Below, piece by piece: positions 13,801-25,150 of a stretch of 64,000 bases of DNA. The notes under the pieces were generated by a model. The model worked only from the letters and a program-made list of their open reading frames with translations. It was not told where the DNA came from and searched no databases. The stretch covers positions 97,038 through 161,037 of the forward strand of contig MU058233.1 of the NCBI GenBank assembly GCA_013265495.1, given 5' to 3'. Each line of letters opens with the position of its first letter. Within the stretch, counting starts at the first letter, position 1. This DNA comes from Vicugna vicugna. Taxonomy: Eukaryota. The position numbers and the translations under genes were made by a program.

Positions 13801-16800
13801 ATTGTAGTAAAATTGCCTTTTTAACCATTTGAAAGCAAACGATTCCATGACATTTGGCACATTCACAGCGCTGTGCAACCACCACCTCCAGAACTGTTTC
13901 ATCACTGCCTCCCCGCCACCCATCAGCAGTCACTCCCCACCTCCCGCCCCTGGCAAACACTCATCTCCTGACTCTTCGGATCTCCTATTCCAGACGTCTT
14001 GTGTAAATGGAATCATACAATGGGTGGCCTTTTGTGTCGGCCTCTTCCAGTTAGCGTGTGTTTTCAAGGGCCATCCCTGTCACCGGTTGGATGCGTCAGT
14101 AATTCGTTCCTTTTTACAGCTGGATCATTGTATTTATCCATTCTTCCGCTGATGGACATTTGGGTTGTTTCCACCTTCGGGGCCATTCTCAATAATGCTG
14201 TGATGCACAGTCACGTGCAAGTTTCTGTTTGAACACCTGTTTTCTGTTCTCTTGGGTCTGTACCCAGCAGCCGAGCTGGGGGGGGCTGTGTAAACACTCC
14301 TTTGAGTCATTGAGGCACCTGTGTCTTCTACTCACCCCCCCCAGCCTGGTGCCCACCCACCCAGTAGCCTCGGGGCCACCCTGGGGGGCCCAGGAGGGGT
14401 GGTGGGACTTGCCAGCTTCGACTCAGCCTCTTTGTCTCCACAGGTGTGCGGGAGTCCGTTTCCCCCACGGCACAGCAGGGCACCCCAGAGCCTGAGGAGC
14501 CCCCCCTCCTGCCGGAGCCCCCCGACAATCGGTCCAGCATCTCGTAAGCTGTGGGCCCCTTGTCTCCATGCCAGCACCACCCCAGCAGTGGCCCAGAGCC
14601 CTGAGCTCCGGGCTCTTCTGGGCCAGCTGAGCACTGAGTGACACTGGCTTTTCTTATGTCCTTCAGACAGCACAGGGGATGCTTGCTCACCCCAGCCCAG
14701 AACCAGATTTCAAATGCATGATTCCTCTCCCTTTGTCCCAGCCATCTACTGCTGTGTAACAAACACCCCAGCCTCGTGGCATCGACCCCGGTGGCATTAG
14801 GTTCCCGTGTTCTGTGCATCAGCAGTTTGGACAGCACAGTGCCGGGCTGGTCTCCACTCTGCAGCATTGGGGACAGTAGCTGGAATCGTCCAGGGGCGTC
14901 TTGACTCAGATCCAGTGCCTGGGCTGGGCTGACACGGGTGCTCCGCCAGGCACCCATCTGTGGCCTGGGCTCAAGGCTGGATGCCGAGACTAAGGGTCCC
15001 AAGGGAGCATCCGTCCGCAGGGCTGGCATTGCGGGACACCAGGTGGAAGCTGCCCCCCGCCTTTTAAGGCCCCGCCTCAGCAGTTTCTTCAGTGAGTCCT
15101 TTGGTTAAGCAGTCGGAGCCCGCCCGCTCTCAGGGGGCTGGACATAGAGCCCCCAACCAACACAACAAGTGTCACAGAACCCGGGGAGGGGCGTCCCTGT
15201 CCACCCCGACCTCTGCACTCAGCCTGGCACGCCTCCTTGCTACCTTCACATCACACAAACGCCCAAACACAGACAGAAATCTGTGGCTTCTGTGACTTGC
15301 TGTGGTTTGGTTTTGGGTTTGGTTTTCCGAAAGTGCAATGGCTTCACACTTCCCTCACTTGGCTGTACCTGGAGAGTTTCCACTGAGGGCGACAGATGTC
15401 GCCCCGGCTTCTGTTCATTGCGCTTATTTATTGAATAAGTAGAACGCGTCAGTGGGACGCGGAGGGCCTGCGGTGAGAAGTTAGTCCTCACCCCGACCTC
15501 CCAGCCCGCCCCGGGGAATGTGCGTCTTCCCAGAGAGGCTCCGCACGTGCGTGAGGACGCTGCACGTGCAGACGCGCGTGTGTGAGAACGCTGCGCGCGT
15601 GTGAACGCAGCGGGGCCGTCGCGCGCGGCTGTGCGCCCGGGTGCTCACCGGGTCGGCGGCGGCCTCCGCGTCTGTGTGAAGACGCCTGGTTCCCGGAGCT
15701 GTGCCGGTACCGCGGTGCGCCGGCGCCCTGCCCCGGGCTTAGCGTTTAAGTTGTTCCTGATCCTTCGTCGTCACAAGGGGTGTGCGCGCCGTGCAGCGCT
15801 GCCGGGGCCAGCGCCCAGCGCCCAGCGGGCTCCTCGGGGCCGCGCGGGGTCCCCCGCCGGCAGCGTTGAGCTCCCTGCCGCTCGCTGGCTCGGTGTTCCG
15901 TCTTCGCCAGCCTGAACGGCGGGCATGGGGCCCACTTCCTCTCGCCCTTCCCTTGACTAAACTGCTGTGGTCGCCGAGCCTGCAGGCAGTGACGTGAGGA
16001 CCCTTTGGGGACGCTGGTCCCCTGGGCGGCTCGGGAGTGGGGCTGCCTCCCAGCCCAGCCCCCTCTCTCTGCACCCAGGCCCAGGAAGGACGTGCCCCAC
16101 CGGTGCAGCGGCCACTTCGACGCGGTGGCCCAGATCCGCGGCGAGGCCTTCTTCTTCAAAGGTAACCGCCCCCCGCCGCCCCCATCGCTGGACCCAGTGG
16201 CCGGTGGACTGACGGACGGGCCCCAGCCCCACCCCTTGAAGCTCCACCCCCTCTGTCTCCCCAGGCAAGTACTTCTGGCGGCTGACCCGGGACCGCCACC
16301 TGGTGTCGCTGCAGCCGGCCCAGATGCACCGCTTCTGGCGGGGCCTGCCGCTGCACCTGGACAGCGTGGATGCCGTGTATGAGCGCACCAGTGACCACAA
16401 GATCGTCTTCTTCAAAGGTGGGCAGGCCCCCACCCGGGTGCCTGCCGGGCATCGCTGGCGGGGAGCCGCAGCCTGCAGCCCCCAGACCCCCAAAGCTTGT
16501 GTCTGCACGGGAGGCCAGTCCTGTGGTTGGCTCTGTGGGTCTAGAGCACAGAGCAGAGAGTAGCCGGTTCATCTGTGCGCCCAACCGGTTCGTACCGACT
16601 GAGCACCTGCCGCGTGCCCCGCGCTGCGGGAGGCTCGCAGCCGGCAGAACACTTTAAGTGCGTACTGACCATTCCAGTATCTCCCTTGGATTCCGGCCAA
16701 GGACTTTTAAACGTGTTGCTTCTTTGTTTTCTAAACAACGGGGCCGATGGTTGCTAAGCCCTGGTGAGGGTGGGCGTAGACATAACAACCCCTCCCAGGG

Positions 16801-18635
16801 CATAATGTCACACTCCCACCCTTCCGTGGGTGGCAGAGCAACCAAGGATGTTTCCAGAACACCAAGTCAAGGATATACCCAACAAGCCCCTTGATCACAC
16901 CATGTTTGGAAAGTTTTGCATTCAGATTGGAAGTTCTTGGTGATTTCTAACCGCTCTGTCCTTGTCTTCCTGACGAGGGTGCACACGCGCATGCACGTGC
17001 GGTCAGGCCTCCACCCGCGCCCTTCCTGCTTTGCGCGTGAGCGTGCTCAGCAGTGGTCAAGGCAGAGCGGAGCAAAGTGGCTTCTCGCGGGCTGGGCTCA
17101 CCCCTGGTCTGTGAAGGGGCCGCCTTATGGGAAGCCGCGTCCTGGGCTGCTGTCCGGTGCAGGGCCCTGAGCCAGGCACGGAGCAGGTGCTCAGGGTTTA
17201 CTCCTGCAGGCTGCGGGCGACGGCATCCCGGCGTCTACCTGGGGGAGGAGCAAGGGCTGGGGCCCTGCCCGGCGGGCTGGGCGAGCCCCAGCCCACGGCT
17301 CTTTCTCTCGCCCCCAGGAGACAGATACTGGGTGTTTAAGGACAATAACGTAGAGGAAGGATACCCGCGGCCCATCTCGGACTTCGGCCTCCCGCCGGGC
17401 GGCGTCGATGCCGCCTTCTCCTGGGCCCACAATGACAAGACTTATTTCTTTAAGGACCAGCTGCACTGGCGCTACGATGAGCACACGCGTCGCATGGACC
17501 CCGGCCACCCCGCCCGGAGCCCCCCGTGGAGGGGCGTGCCCGGCACGCTCGACGACGCCATGCGCTGGTCCGACGGTGAGCCCGGCGGCAGAGGGAAGGG
17601 CGGCCCCAGGCGGCCTCAGAAGCCCCGCCCGTGGAGTGGGGGTCGCGAGAGGGTCGTTGTGGGGTGCAGGGGCAGATGCGCGCGCCTGTTCGCAGCGTCT
17701 GCCGCGGACCCTCGGGGGCCCCGCCCCGCGTCGTGGCCCCGCCCCCTTTGGCTCGTGTTCACCTCCCCCCGCATCTCTTCCTCGACGCGAGTCCCTCCTC
17801 CAGCCTCTTCCTCCCGCTGCCACGCACACACACACACCAGGGCCTTTGCACCTGCCCTGCGTCCTCCCAGAACACTTTCCCCACGCACTCACGCCGTCCC
17901 TCCCTCCGTGCTTCGGCCCCGCCTGGTAGGAGTGAGGACACACCTTCCCACGGGGAGGGTCTACCCTACAGGAAGCTTCCTTTGTTGTTTTCAAGGGGTG
18001 TCCCCAGTACCTGGAACAGCCCGCCACAGAGTAGGCCCTCCGTAAACCTCCAGCAGGGAAAGAAGCAGTCCATCTCAGCCATCCCCCTGCCTCCAGGCGG
18101 CTCCTTGAGCTTTCCCTGGCCTGGGAGGCTCCAGGGCCCACCGATGGGCTGCCCGGGCTGAGACAAAGACTTTTGACTCTCGCAGAAGACATTCTCCACC
18201 CTCCCTGCTGGCCCCGCAGTTCTTGGCTGCCCTGTCCTCCTGCTGACTGGCCTGAATCCCACATGCTGCAGGGGCCCAGAGCTCAACCACCCTTTCTCTT
18301 CTCCCCCAGGTGCCGCCTACTTCTTCCGCGGCAAGGAGTACTGGAAGGTGCTGGACAGCGAGCTGGAGGTGGCGCCCGGGTACCCGCAGTCCACGGCCCG
18401 GGACTGGCTGGTGTGCAGAGACCTGCCGGCCGACCCCTCCGAGGGCGGGGACGGAGAGGCCGGGGCCCACGCCCCGCCGGGACAGCACGACCAGAGCCGC
18501 TCGGGGGACGGCTACGAGGTCTGCTCCTGCACCTCCCTCGCCGGCCCTCCCCCGCGGGCCTCGGGCCCGCTGCTGGCCACACTGCTCCCGCCGCTGAGCG
18601 TGCTGTGGGCGGCGGCCCGGGCGCCAGCGCTATGA
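1301..18635 (+). CDS. MMP17: Matrix metallopeptidase 17 (MT4-MMP), GPI-anchored; 10 coding exons, 5' end in assembly gap. join(<1301..1390,10546..10678,11397..11526,12035..12318,13226..13402,14444..14543,16079..16161,16265..16417,17318..17575,18310..18635)
   Basis: Spliced visible CDS is 1734 nt (577 aa + TGA), all introns GT-AG and phases compatible. Signal peptide [10 protein letters not shown], cysteine switch PRCSLPD, furin site RRRR, zinc motif [11 protein letters not shown], Met-turn SIMQP, hemopexin repeats, hydrophobic GPI signal at the C-terminus. Confidence 0.97.
8729..8748. repeat. (TG)n microsatellite
   Basis: About 10 TG units. Confidence 0.9.
10546..10678 (+). CDS. MMP17: MMP17 exon 2 (propeptide)
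   Basis: cgcag|[44 protein letters not shown]|gtcagt. Confidence 0.96.
11397..11526 (+). CDS. MMP17: MMP17 exon 3 (cysteine switch, furin site)
   Basis: ctgcag|[44 protein letters not shown]|gtgggt. Confidence 0.96.
11595..11945 (-). mobile_element. MaLR (MLT1-type) LTR in MMP17 intron 3
   Basis: ctctggagaccagaagtctgagatc...ctgtctcttataaggacact...atctgcaaacacacttccaaataaggtc. Confidence 0.75.
12035..12318 (+). CDS. MMP17: MMP17 exon 4 (catalytic domain)
   Basis: [37 protein letters not shown]...[16 protein letters not shown]...[19 protein letters not shown] flanks. Confidence 0.96.
13226..13402 (+). CDS. MMP17: MMP17 exon 5 (zinc-binding HExxHxxGxxH)
   Basis: [59 protein letters not shown]; motif at 13261-13293. 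Confidence 0.97.
13795..14300 (-). mobile_element. L1M (L1MB-like) 3' fragment
   Basis: catttggcacattcacagcgctgtgcaaccaccacc...aaatggaatcatacaat...tttatccattc...gatggacatttgggttgtttccacc. Confidence 0.75.
14444..14543 (+). CDS. MMP17: MMP17 exon 6 (hinge)
   Basis: ccacag|[33 protein letters not shown]|gtaagc. Confidence 0.94.
14735..15200 (-). mobile_element. Old MLT1-type LTR remnant
   Basis: ctactgctgtgtaacaaacacccca...ttctgtgcatcagcagtttggacag. Confidence 0.5.
16079..16161 (+). CDS. MMP17: MMP17 exon 7 (hemopexin start)
   Basis: [27 protein letters not shown]|gtaacc. Confidence 0.95.
16265..16417 (+). CDS. MMP17: MMP17 exon 8
   Basis: [50 protein letters not shown]|gtgggc. Confidence 0.96.
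17318..17575 (+). CDS. MMP17: MMP17 exon 9
   Basis: [46 protein letters not shown]...[10 protein letters not shown]|gtgagc. Confidence 0.96.
18310..18635 (+). CDS. MMP17: MMP17 exon 10 coding part (last hemopexin blade, stem, GPI signal)
   Basis: [35 protein letters not shown]...YEVCSCTS...[24 protein letters not shown] at 18633-18635. Confidence 0.95.
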
Positions 18636-18818
18636 CAGCCGCGCCGGCCTGCGAGAGGACAAGCGGGACCGCAGCCGGGGCCGCAAAGTGCAAGGACTAG
18701 CGCCGGCCGCTCCGGCGCCGGAGGCAAGCGTCCTTGCAGGACCTCGCCTCGCAGATGGGGACCGGCCGCCGCCAGCCCCGGGCACAGTCCGCCGGGCCCA
18801 GCCTCCCGGCCGGGCAGA

Positions 18819-18837
18819 GACCAGCAGAGGGCGCTGC
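18819..18837 (+). promoter_or_regulatory. CTCF motif in the MMP17 3'UTR
   Basis: GACCAGCAGAGGGCGCTGC matches the CTCF core CCASYAGRKGGCRS. Confidence 0.6.
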
Positions 18838-20137
18838 TCGCCGGGCGCCGGCCGCGGACACCGCGGGAGCGCCGAGCTCTCCCCTCCCCTCGGCCCGGAG
18901 ACGGCGCCCAGGCCGGGGTCGGGGGCCGGGGCCGCCCTTCCAGCGGGCGAGTGGCTGCCTCTCACGGAACTTCAGCGAGGACCCGGGGGTGGGCCGAGCC
19001 GGGGACGTGACTTCAGGCCGCCAGGTCTGCGGACTCTGGAAAGTACAGCCCCGAGGGCACCTCTTCCCCGCCCCGTGTCCACATTATCGCCCCTGGTGCG
19101 TCCGCCCACCCCTGGGGCTTCGTCTCCAGTCCCCTGCCTTGATTAGGGCAGCCCCGAACGCACAGGCGAGCCCCGCAAGCTGGGGCCACGGCGGTCTTCC
19201 CTTGTGACGCATTTCAGACAAACATGACCTCTCCCTGCTTCTTCGTGGTTCAGGCGTGGCTCCCTGACCCGCCTCGGGAGGGGCGAGCGTCGCGTCGCGT
19301 CCTCTGCGGCCAGGAGGGGCTCTGCGGCCCTGACCCCAGACCACCTGCCCTTCGGGTGATGGGGGACTTCCAGGAAGGCCTACAGCAGTCATCAGCACCT
19401 CCCTGTCCATGCCTCCTTGACCACAGGGTCCTTACACCCATTTGGCAGATGGGCAAGCTGAGGCTCAGCTCAGGGAAAGAAGCCTCCTGCCCTCAGGCAG
19501 GGGTCGGGCCGCGTCAGTCTCAGAACCCGAGGTTCTGGCACGTTCACACAACCCTCCCTGGTGGACAGAGTGCCTACCTGCACGGGCAGGTACTGCGCTC
19601 GGCACAGGACGTGCAGAACGAGACAAGCTCTAGGTGAGGCACCTGGGGCACTGCCACCCAACAGGAAGTGCAGGGAGGTGGCTCGGCTGGCCAGTCCGGG
19701 GACGGCTGCCCGTCCCGTTGCTCTTTCTGCTCCTGGCTGCGAATCCAGGATGGCAGCCGCCGCTCTCCCACCCAGAGAGGCAGAGAGTGGGGGCTGCACC
19801 CCCTTCACTCAGGAGAGGTGGCCTTTCCCAGAAGCCCTGGCTGCCTGGCCACACTCAGTGGCAGCGAGCGATTGATCAGTGCTCTTCCTGGGGGCACGTG
19901 GACTTTGGGGGTGGGACATTCCTTATGTATCACTGTAGCGGCCATAGATGTCCCTGGTGGGTAGAGCCACCTAGATCGAGAACTTCTGGTCTAGAGGAAT
20001 CACCATCCCCTGCCTGGGGCTGCAGAGGGGCCTTCAAACGCCTGCAGCAAAATGGGGTTCATTAGGAAGAGGATAGTAGGTGAGGGTGACCAACAGGCTG
20101 TAAGGCGGTGCAAAGAGGGCCTGCAGGTGCCACATCA

Positions 20138-20325
20138 CAGTAGAGGTTCTCCAGCTGGTGCCCCACCAGCGGCGTCAGCATCACCTGAACCTGGTGGAAA
20201 TGCAGGTTCCTGGGTACGCCCCGACCTGCTCATCAGTAGGCTAAGGTTGGGGCTGGCCGTCTGTAGTATCTCCCTCCTCCTCCCCTTTAAGTGTGATGCA
20301 CAGGAGGGTTTGTGAACCGCTGCTT
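20138..20325. mobile_element. MER5A-like hAT-Charlie DNA transposon
   Basis: cagtagaggttctcca...cagcatcacctgaacctggtggaaatgcaggttcctggg...tttgtgaaccgctg with imperfect terminal inverted repeats. Confidence 0.7.
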
Positions 20326-21929
20326 TCCAGAGGGCTCCAGAAAGGCCACTCTGAGCAGGGAATCAGTAGAAGCAGGAGGAGGAGATGATTTTGCAGCCAT
20401 CAGAGAGACCAGGGAGGGGAGCAGCCAGTGCACCATCCTGGCGTGCAATGGGCCCACTCGAGCAGAGGACCCTGCATCCTTTGGCCTAAGAGTTTCAAGG
20501 AGGAAGAGGGTGGGGGGAGCCCAGAAGGGCAGGGCCAGCCCACATGGGGGCCTGCAGGCTGCTGTAAGGCGTTGGGATATACTCCTGCATAATGGGAAGT
20601 TATCACCCCCAGCTGTGGAGTAGGGCAGAAGTGTGCCCATTTCTCTGGTGCAAGCAACGCAGACTCCCACAGCTCCATGCCTCCACCCCTACCTGACGCC
20701 CAGGTAGCAAGGCAGGCCCAAAACCCGGCTAGGCTCAGGGCCCATCTCCCCCGGGCATGGATGCCACAGCCAGTCAGGCAGTCTCCAGGCCAGGCTCTGT
20801 GCTCACTGAGCCAAGCCAGGCCACATCCCACGTCCATCTGTCCACCATCTGGTCCCTGGGCCCGGGAAAGGCCTCTGCCCATCAGACCGGACCAGATGGA
20901 CCAAAGGTCCCTCCTCGGGGAACAGGCTGCCTCCGCTCCTCACGGATGCCCCGCGTGGTCCCACCTAATTCTCCAGGGACCTGCAGGGGGGAGCCTGTCC
21001 AGGCCCTCATGTAGCTGGGGAAAGGGCCCAGCTCGGGCCCCCAGGCACACAGCCTGTGGACCCGGTCTCCAAGAACCCAGGCTCTGTCATAGTGGGTGAC
21101 GGTCCCACTACTGTGTGACAGCCTCACGCTGTCTTAAAAAACTCTCCCACCAATTTGATCTCCTTTGAAGTAAATAGATGAGTGGTGAACCTCTGTTCAG
21201 TCATAAGAGACAAACTGCAGGAAAAACTGAAGCATCAGGAGGTGCTCCCACCTGGGGCTGCAGACCAGGGACCCGGGCACCGGGAAGCCTGCAGAAATGC
21301 TTGTTTTGATCTCATTTTTTTATAAACATAGGTTTTTTAAATTTTGAAATCATCTTATATTTACAGAGGAGATGCAGGGAGATGGGCAGACCTTTTTTTT
21401 TCAACCTAAATTATTTGGGAGCACACTGATGACCCGGCACCTTTCTATGTATTTCCTGCAAACCAGGACTTTCTTTCACGTCTCTTTAAAATCAGGAAAT
21501 AAGACGACATCAGAGTCCACTCGGGGCCCCAGCAGCATCCCCTGCTGACAGGACCCACCCCAGCACCTTGGTCCTTCCTTGCCCTCCCCGACTTGGCACC
21601 CGTGAAGGCCACAGGCCGGCTGTCCTGTCGACGGTCCCTCAATGCCAGCGGCCTCAGGTGTCCTCACGGTTCCATTCCAGACCTGCATCTTTGGCAGGGA
21701 TGTCCCAGAATATTATGCTCACCAGAAATTTTCAGTGTTGTGTGAGTCACCATGTAAACACCTGGAGTTCCAGGTGCCACCTGACCTCAGCATGGCTCGG
21801 CCTTGCAAGCAAATGCTCACATCCCTGTGTGCGTGGGTGTCCAGTTTACAAAACACATCGACACAGGTGACCTCTGGGGCCAGAATGTCCCCACTCCAGC
21901 TCCCGTTTTGTAGGTGGGGAAGCCGAGGC

Positions 21930-22280
21930 ACTGGTCTTAGCGCCAGCTGGCGTGACAAACGCCACAGTGCGGGCTGAAATAGCACACATTTGTTCCTTAG
22001 GGTCCTGGAAGCTGGAAGTCCACGGCCAAGGTGACGGCAGATTTGGTTCCAGTGAGAGCCTGCTTCCTGCTGGCAGACAGCCGCCTTCTGGCTGTGTGTT
22101 CACAAGGCAGCGAGAGCCAGACCAGTCCCTTCTTCTCACAAGGGCACTAATTCCATCATGAGGCTCCCACCTCATGGCCTCCTCTTCTCACCTCCCGGAG
22201 GTCCCACTGCCAAGTACCACCACCCTGGGGCCTTGGGCCTCAAGGTAAAACTTTGTGGGGGCACATTCAGTCCACAATAC
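21930..22280 (-). mobile_element. MaLR MLT1A-like LTR
   Basis: ctggaagctggaagtcca...gcagatttggttccagtgagagcctgcttcctg...aagggcactaattccatcatgagg...gcacattcagtccac. Confidence 0.78.
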
Positions 22281-23379
22281 GTGGGGAGAGAGGACCCCTC
22301 AGACAGGACTGAGTCCAGACCCAGCCTCCAGCCACCCCTTCCGCCTCCCGCCCCCTCTCCTGGGAGTGAATGGGGGGCGCTTGGGGGGGCTCAGGGGGCT
22401 CTGAGTGACTCGCCCCGAAGAACACTCAGGACTAGACGGTCACTGCCCTGTTGTGCACATCACAAAGACAAGCTCATTTTAATCCTCCCCACAGTACAGG
22501 GAGGGAAGGTGTTTACTTCCGTTTTCCGGATGAGGAAACTGAGGCTCGGAGGCAGACAGTGAGTTTGAAAGATCAGGCACTTGGTGGGTGGCGGGCTGGA
22601 AGCAAACCCCAGCTGGCCCGCTCTGAGGGTCCTGGGGAGGCTCCCCTGTGCCGAGGGCGGGCTGATTAGAGGACAGCAGGGTGGGTGCTCCACACTAAAA
22701 GCCCAGAGAGGGTGAGTGGCTCTTCCTCCAGGGTTCTGGGGCTGAGGCAGGGCCAGGCCGGCATCCTTCAGCTCCCAGGCCCAGTGGCTCTGTGCCCATG
22801 GGCCCCCCACCCATGCTGGGCTTTGGGCACCTGCTGGCTCTGTAGTCGGTCCCTGCCCCTCTCTGAGTCGGTAAAGGGTGACAGGACACCGGTGCGTCCA
22901 AAGGAAACCAAAGTAGATGGGCCCCAGCACGACTGCCTGCTCCCCGCCACCTGCCCCCCAACAAGCTGGTGCTCACCAGGGCCATCGAGGACGCGCAGCC
23001 AGGTGTGGCCAGGGCTGCGTCCTCCTCACCCACAAGGCTGTCACTGGAGCCCCGCGTGGCCTGGGCTTCCTCACTCTGGGGCTGGTGCCAAGAGTGAGAC
23101 TCCCAGGAGACCAGGCAGAAGCCACGGGTCACTTGTGTGGGTCTCAAGCCCGCCTGCCCCAGGGGAGGGGGACAGACCACACCTTGTAATGGTGACGCGT
23201 GTCAGTCCACATTCTAAGAAACCATATGAGATTCAAGGACTTGTTTGCCCATCTTGGAAGACCCGACAGGCTACACAGCTCCAACCTCATGTGGGAAAAA
23301 CCAAAGGCCCGAGCACCCTGCACCCGCTCCTCCCTGGACGGGCAGCCGCCACCCCCATCACTCAGGCGGAGACCTCATC

Positions 23380-24030
23380 GTCCATCTCTGCGCTCTTGCT
23401 CAGCTCAGGCCGTCCTGTTGGCTCTGCCTTCCAGACACAACCAGAACGTGCCACTTCTGACCCCCGTCCAAGCCACGTCCACTCCACCTTCTAACTGGTC
23501 CCCTATATCTGCATGGCCCCCTCCCATCTGTTCTCCGCATGGCAGCTGCAGGATCCTAGGGAAAACTTCATCAGACCAGAAACCCTCCCATGGATCCCTT
23601 GACCTGGGGGGGGGAGGGGTAAAAACCCAGTCCTCACTGTGGCCTAGAACCAGCCCCACTGCCCTGCCCCCCACCCGCCTCTCCTGCCTGCTTCCCTCCA
23701 GCCACTCCCCAGACCACGGCTCCTGCCTCAGGGCCTTTGCACATGCAGGTCCCCAGGCCTGTCTCCGGTGCCACCTCACAGCAACGCCTCTCTGACCACC
23801 CGCCTGAAATCACAAAGCGCTCCCTCCCCACAAACAGAGCCAAGCCCCTTCCCTCTGTTACTCTTCTCCACGGCCCTTAATGCCATCCGACTTATGATAT
23901 AGTCAGTTTATGTGTTCAACTTGTATTTTGCCAGCTGTCTTTCCTCTCCACTAGACTATCAAGATTTGTCCTATTTTGTTCGATGCTGTGGTCCTGGCTT
24001 ACTGAATGTTTGTTGAGTGAATAAATGACT
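23380..24030. mobile_element. L2 LINE 3' region remnant
   Basis: ggctctgccttcca...cctgcctcagggcctttgcacatgc...tgaatgtttgttgagtgaataaatga. Confidence 0.7.
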
Positions 24031-24379
24031 GGCAGGAGTGCACAGGTAGACTCAGGCCCCCCGCTGGCATCTGGTCCAGGCCTTATTTCCCCTGTACCAT
24101 CTCAGGAGCAGCTCCTCTTCCTCCTGGCCCAGGAAGCAGCCCTGGGAAGAGCAGATGTTCAGTCTGGATGAAAACCAGGGCCGTCGCCGACAGACCTGGA
24201 CAACTGGCCCCCACGTTGTACGCCAGGCCAGGGGTGCTGGTCTACAGGATAGACCCCCTGGGACTTACACAAGCTCCCTGCCCCGGTCCTCCCTCCGGTG
24301 GTGACTCCATCCTGGTGTCAAGGGTGTTTGGATCTCTCTCCACCCCAGTGTTGGTTGCAGAGGGGAGAAGCGAGCCCTT

Positions 24380-25150
24380 TGTGGCCAGCTAGGGGGAGAA
24401 CCGAGGACGGGGCAGCAGAGGCCACCGACATGGTGGGTAGAGCCCAGAGCAGCGCCGGGGGAGACGCGGAGACGCAGAGCGAGACAGGCAGGCTCCGCGA
24501 ACAGAGGCCGCCTGGCGGCCCGCTTGGTTATGAGGTCTCCTGGCTGTTTGTTTAGTGATAACACATGCGACATAAACCGGTGAGACCTCAACAATATGGC
24601 TGCTTTCTGCCGAGCAGAGTCTGTGTCACAGAGACCTAGTGACACAGACAGTACTGGCTGTGCCCGCAGAGGACGCTGGCAGGCCCCGGGACAGGTGACG
24701 CCACGGTGTTTGCCCTCAAACCCATTTCGCAGTGGCGCCCGGAGCCGCCAGGTGACTGTAGGAAGGGTGTTCTGTGCGGCGGGGCCCAGGTGGAGGCTGT
24801 TCGTGTGGGAGGCGAGCAAACAGCTGAGAAAAAGGGTGGTAACCGCGAGCTGCGAGCCAGGGCTCGAGTTCCGGAAAGAGCGGAGCCCCGGGGGTCGAGG
24901 CGGGGCAGCCGGGGCTGAGAGCCGCCGGGCCGCCCAGGGCGTCTTCGGAGGGCGCGGTCCCCGGCCGGCCCCCTCGCGGTCATGGCCAGGGTTGCATCGC
25001 CGCAGCAAGGCCCCGGCAAGTCCAGCGGGGCCCCTGACGCAATCCTCGCCGTCCTGCAGCCCAGCTACCCTACGCGGCCTGGCTCTGCCCTCTCTGCCCG
25101 ACCCCCCAGCCTGCAGCTGGCCCCCTCCCAGGTTCCCCTGAGGAGCGCCT
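24380..25150. promoter_or_regulatory. Intergenic (orphan) CpG island
   Basis: CpG-dense segment away from both gene 5' ends; GC box GGCGGGGC near 24900; YY1-like CAATATGGCTGC near 24592. Confidence 0.55.
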
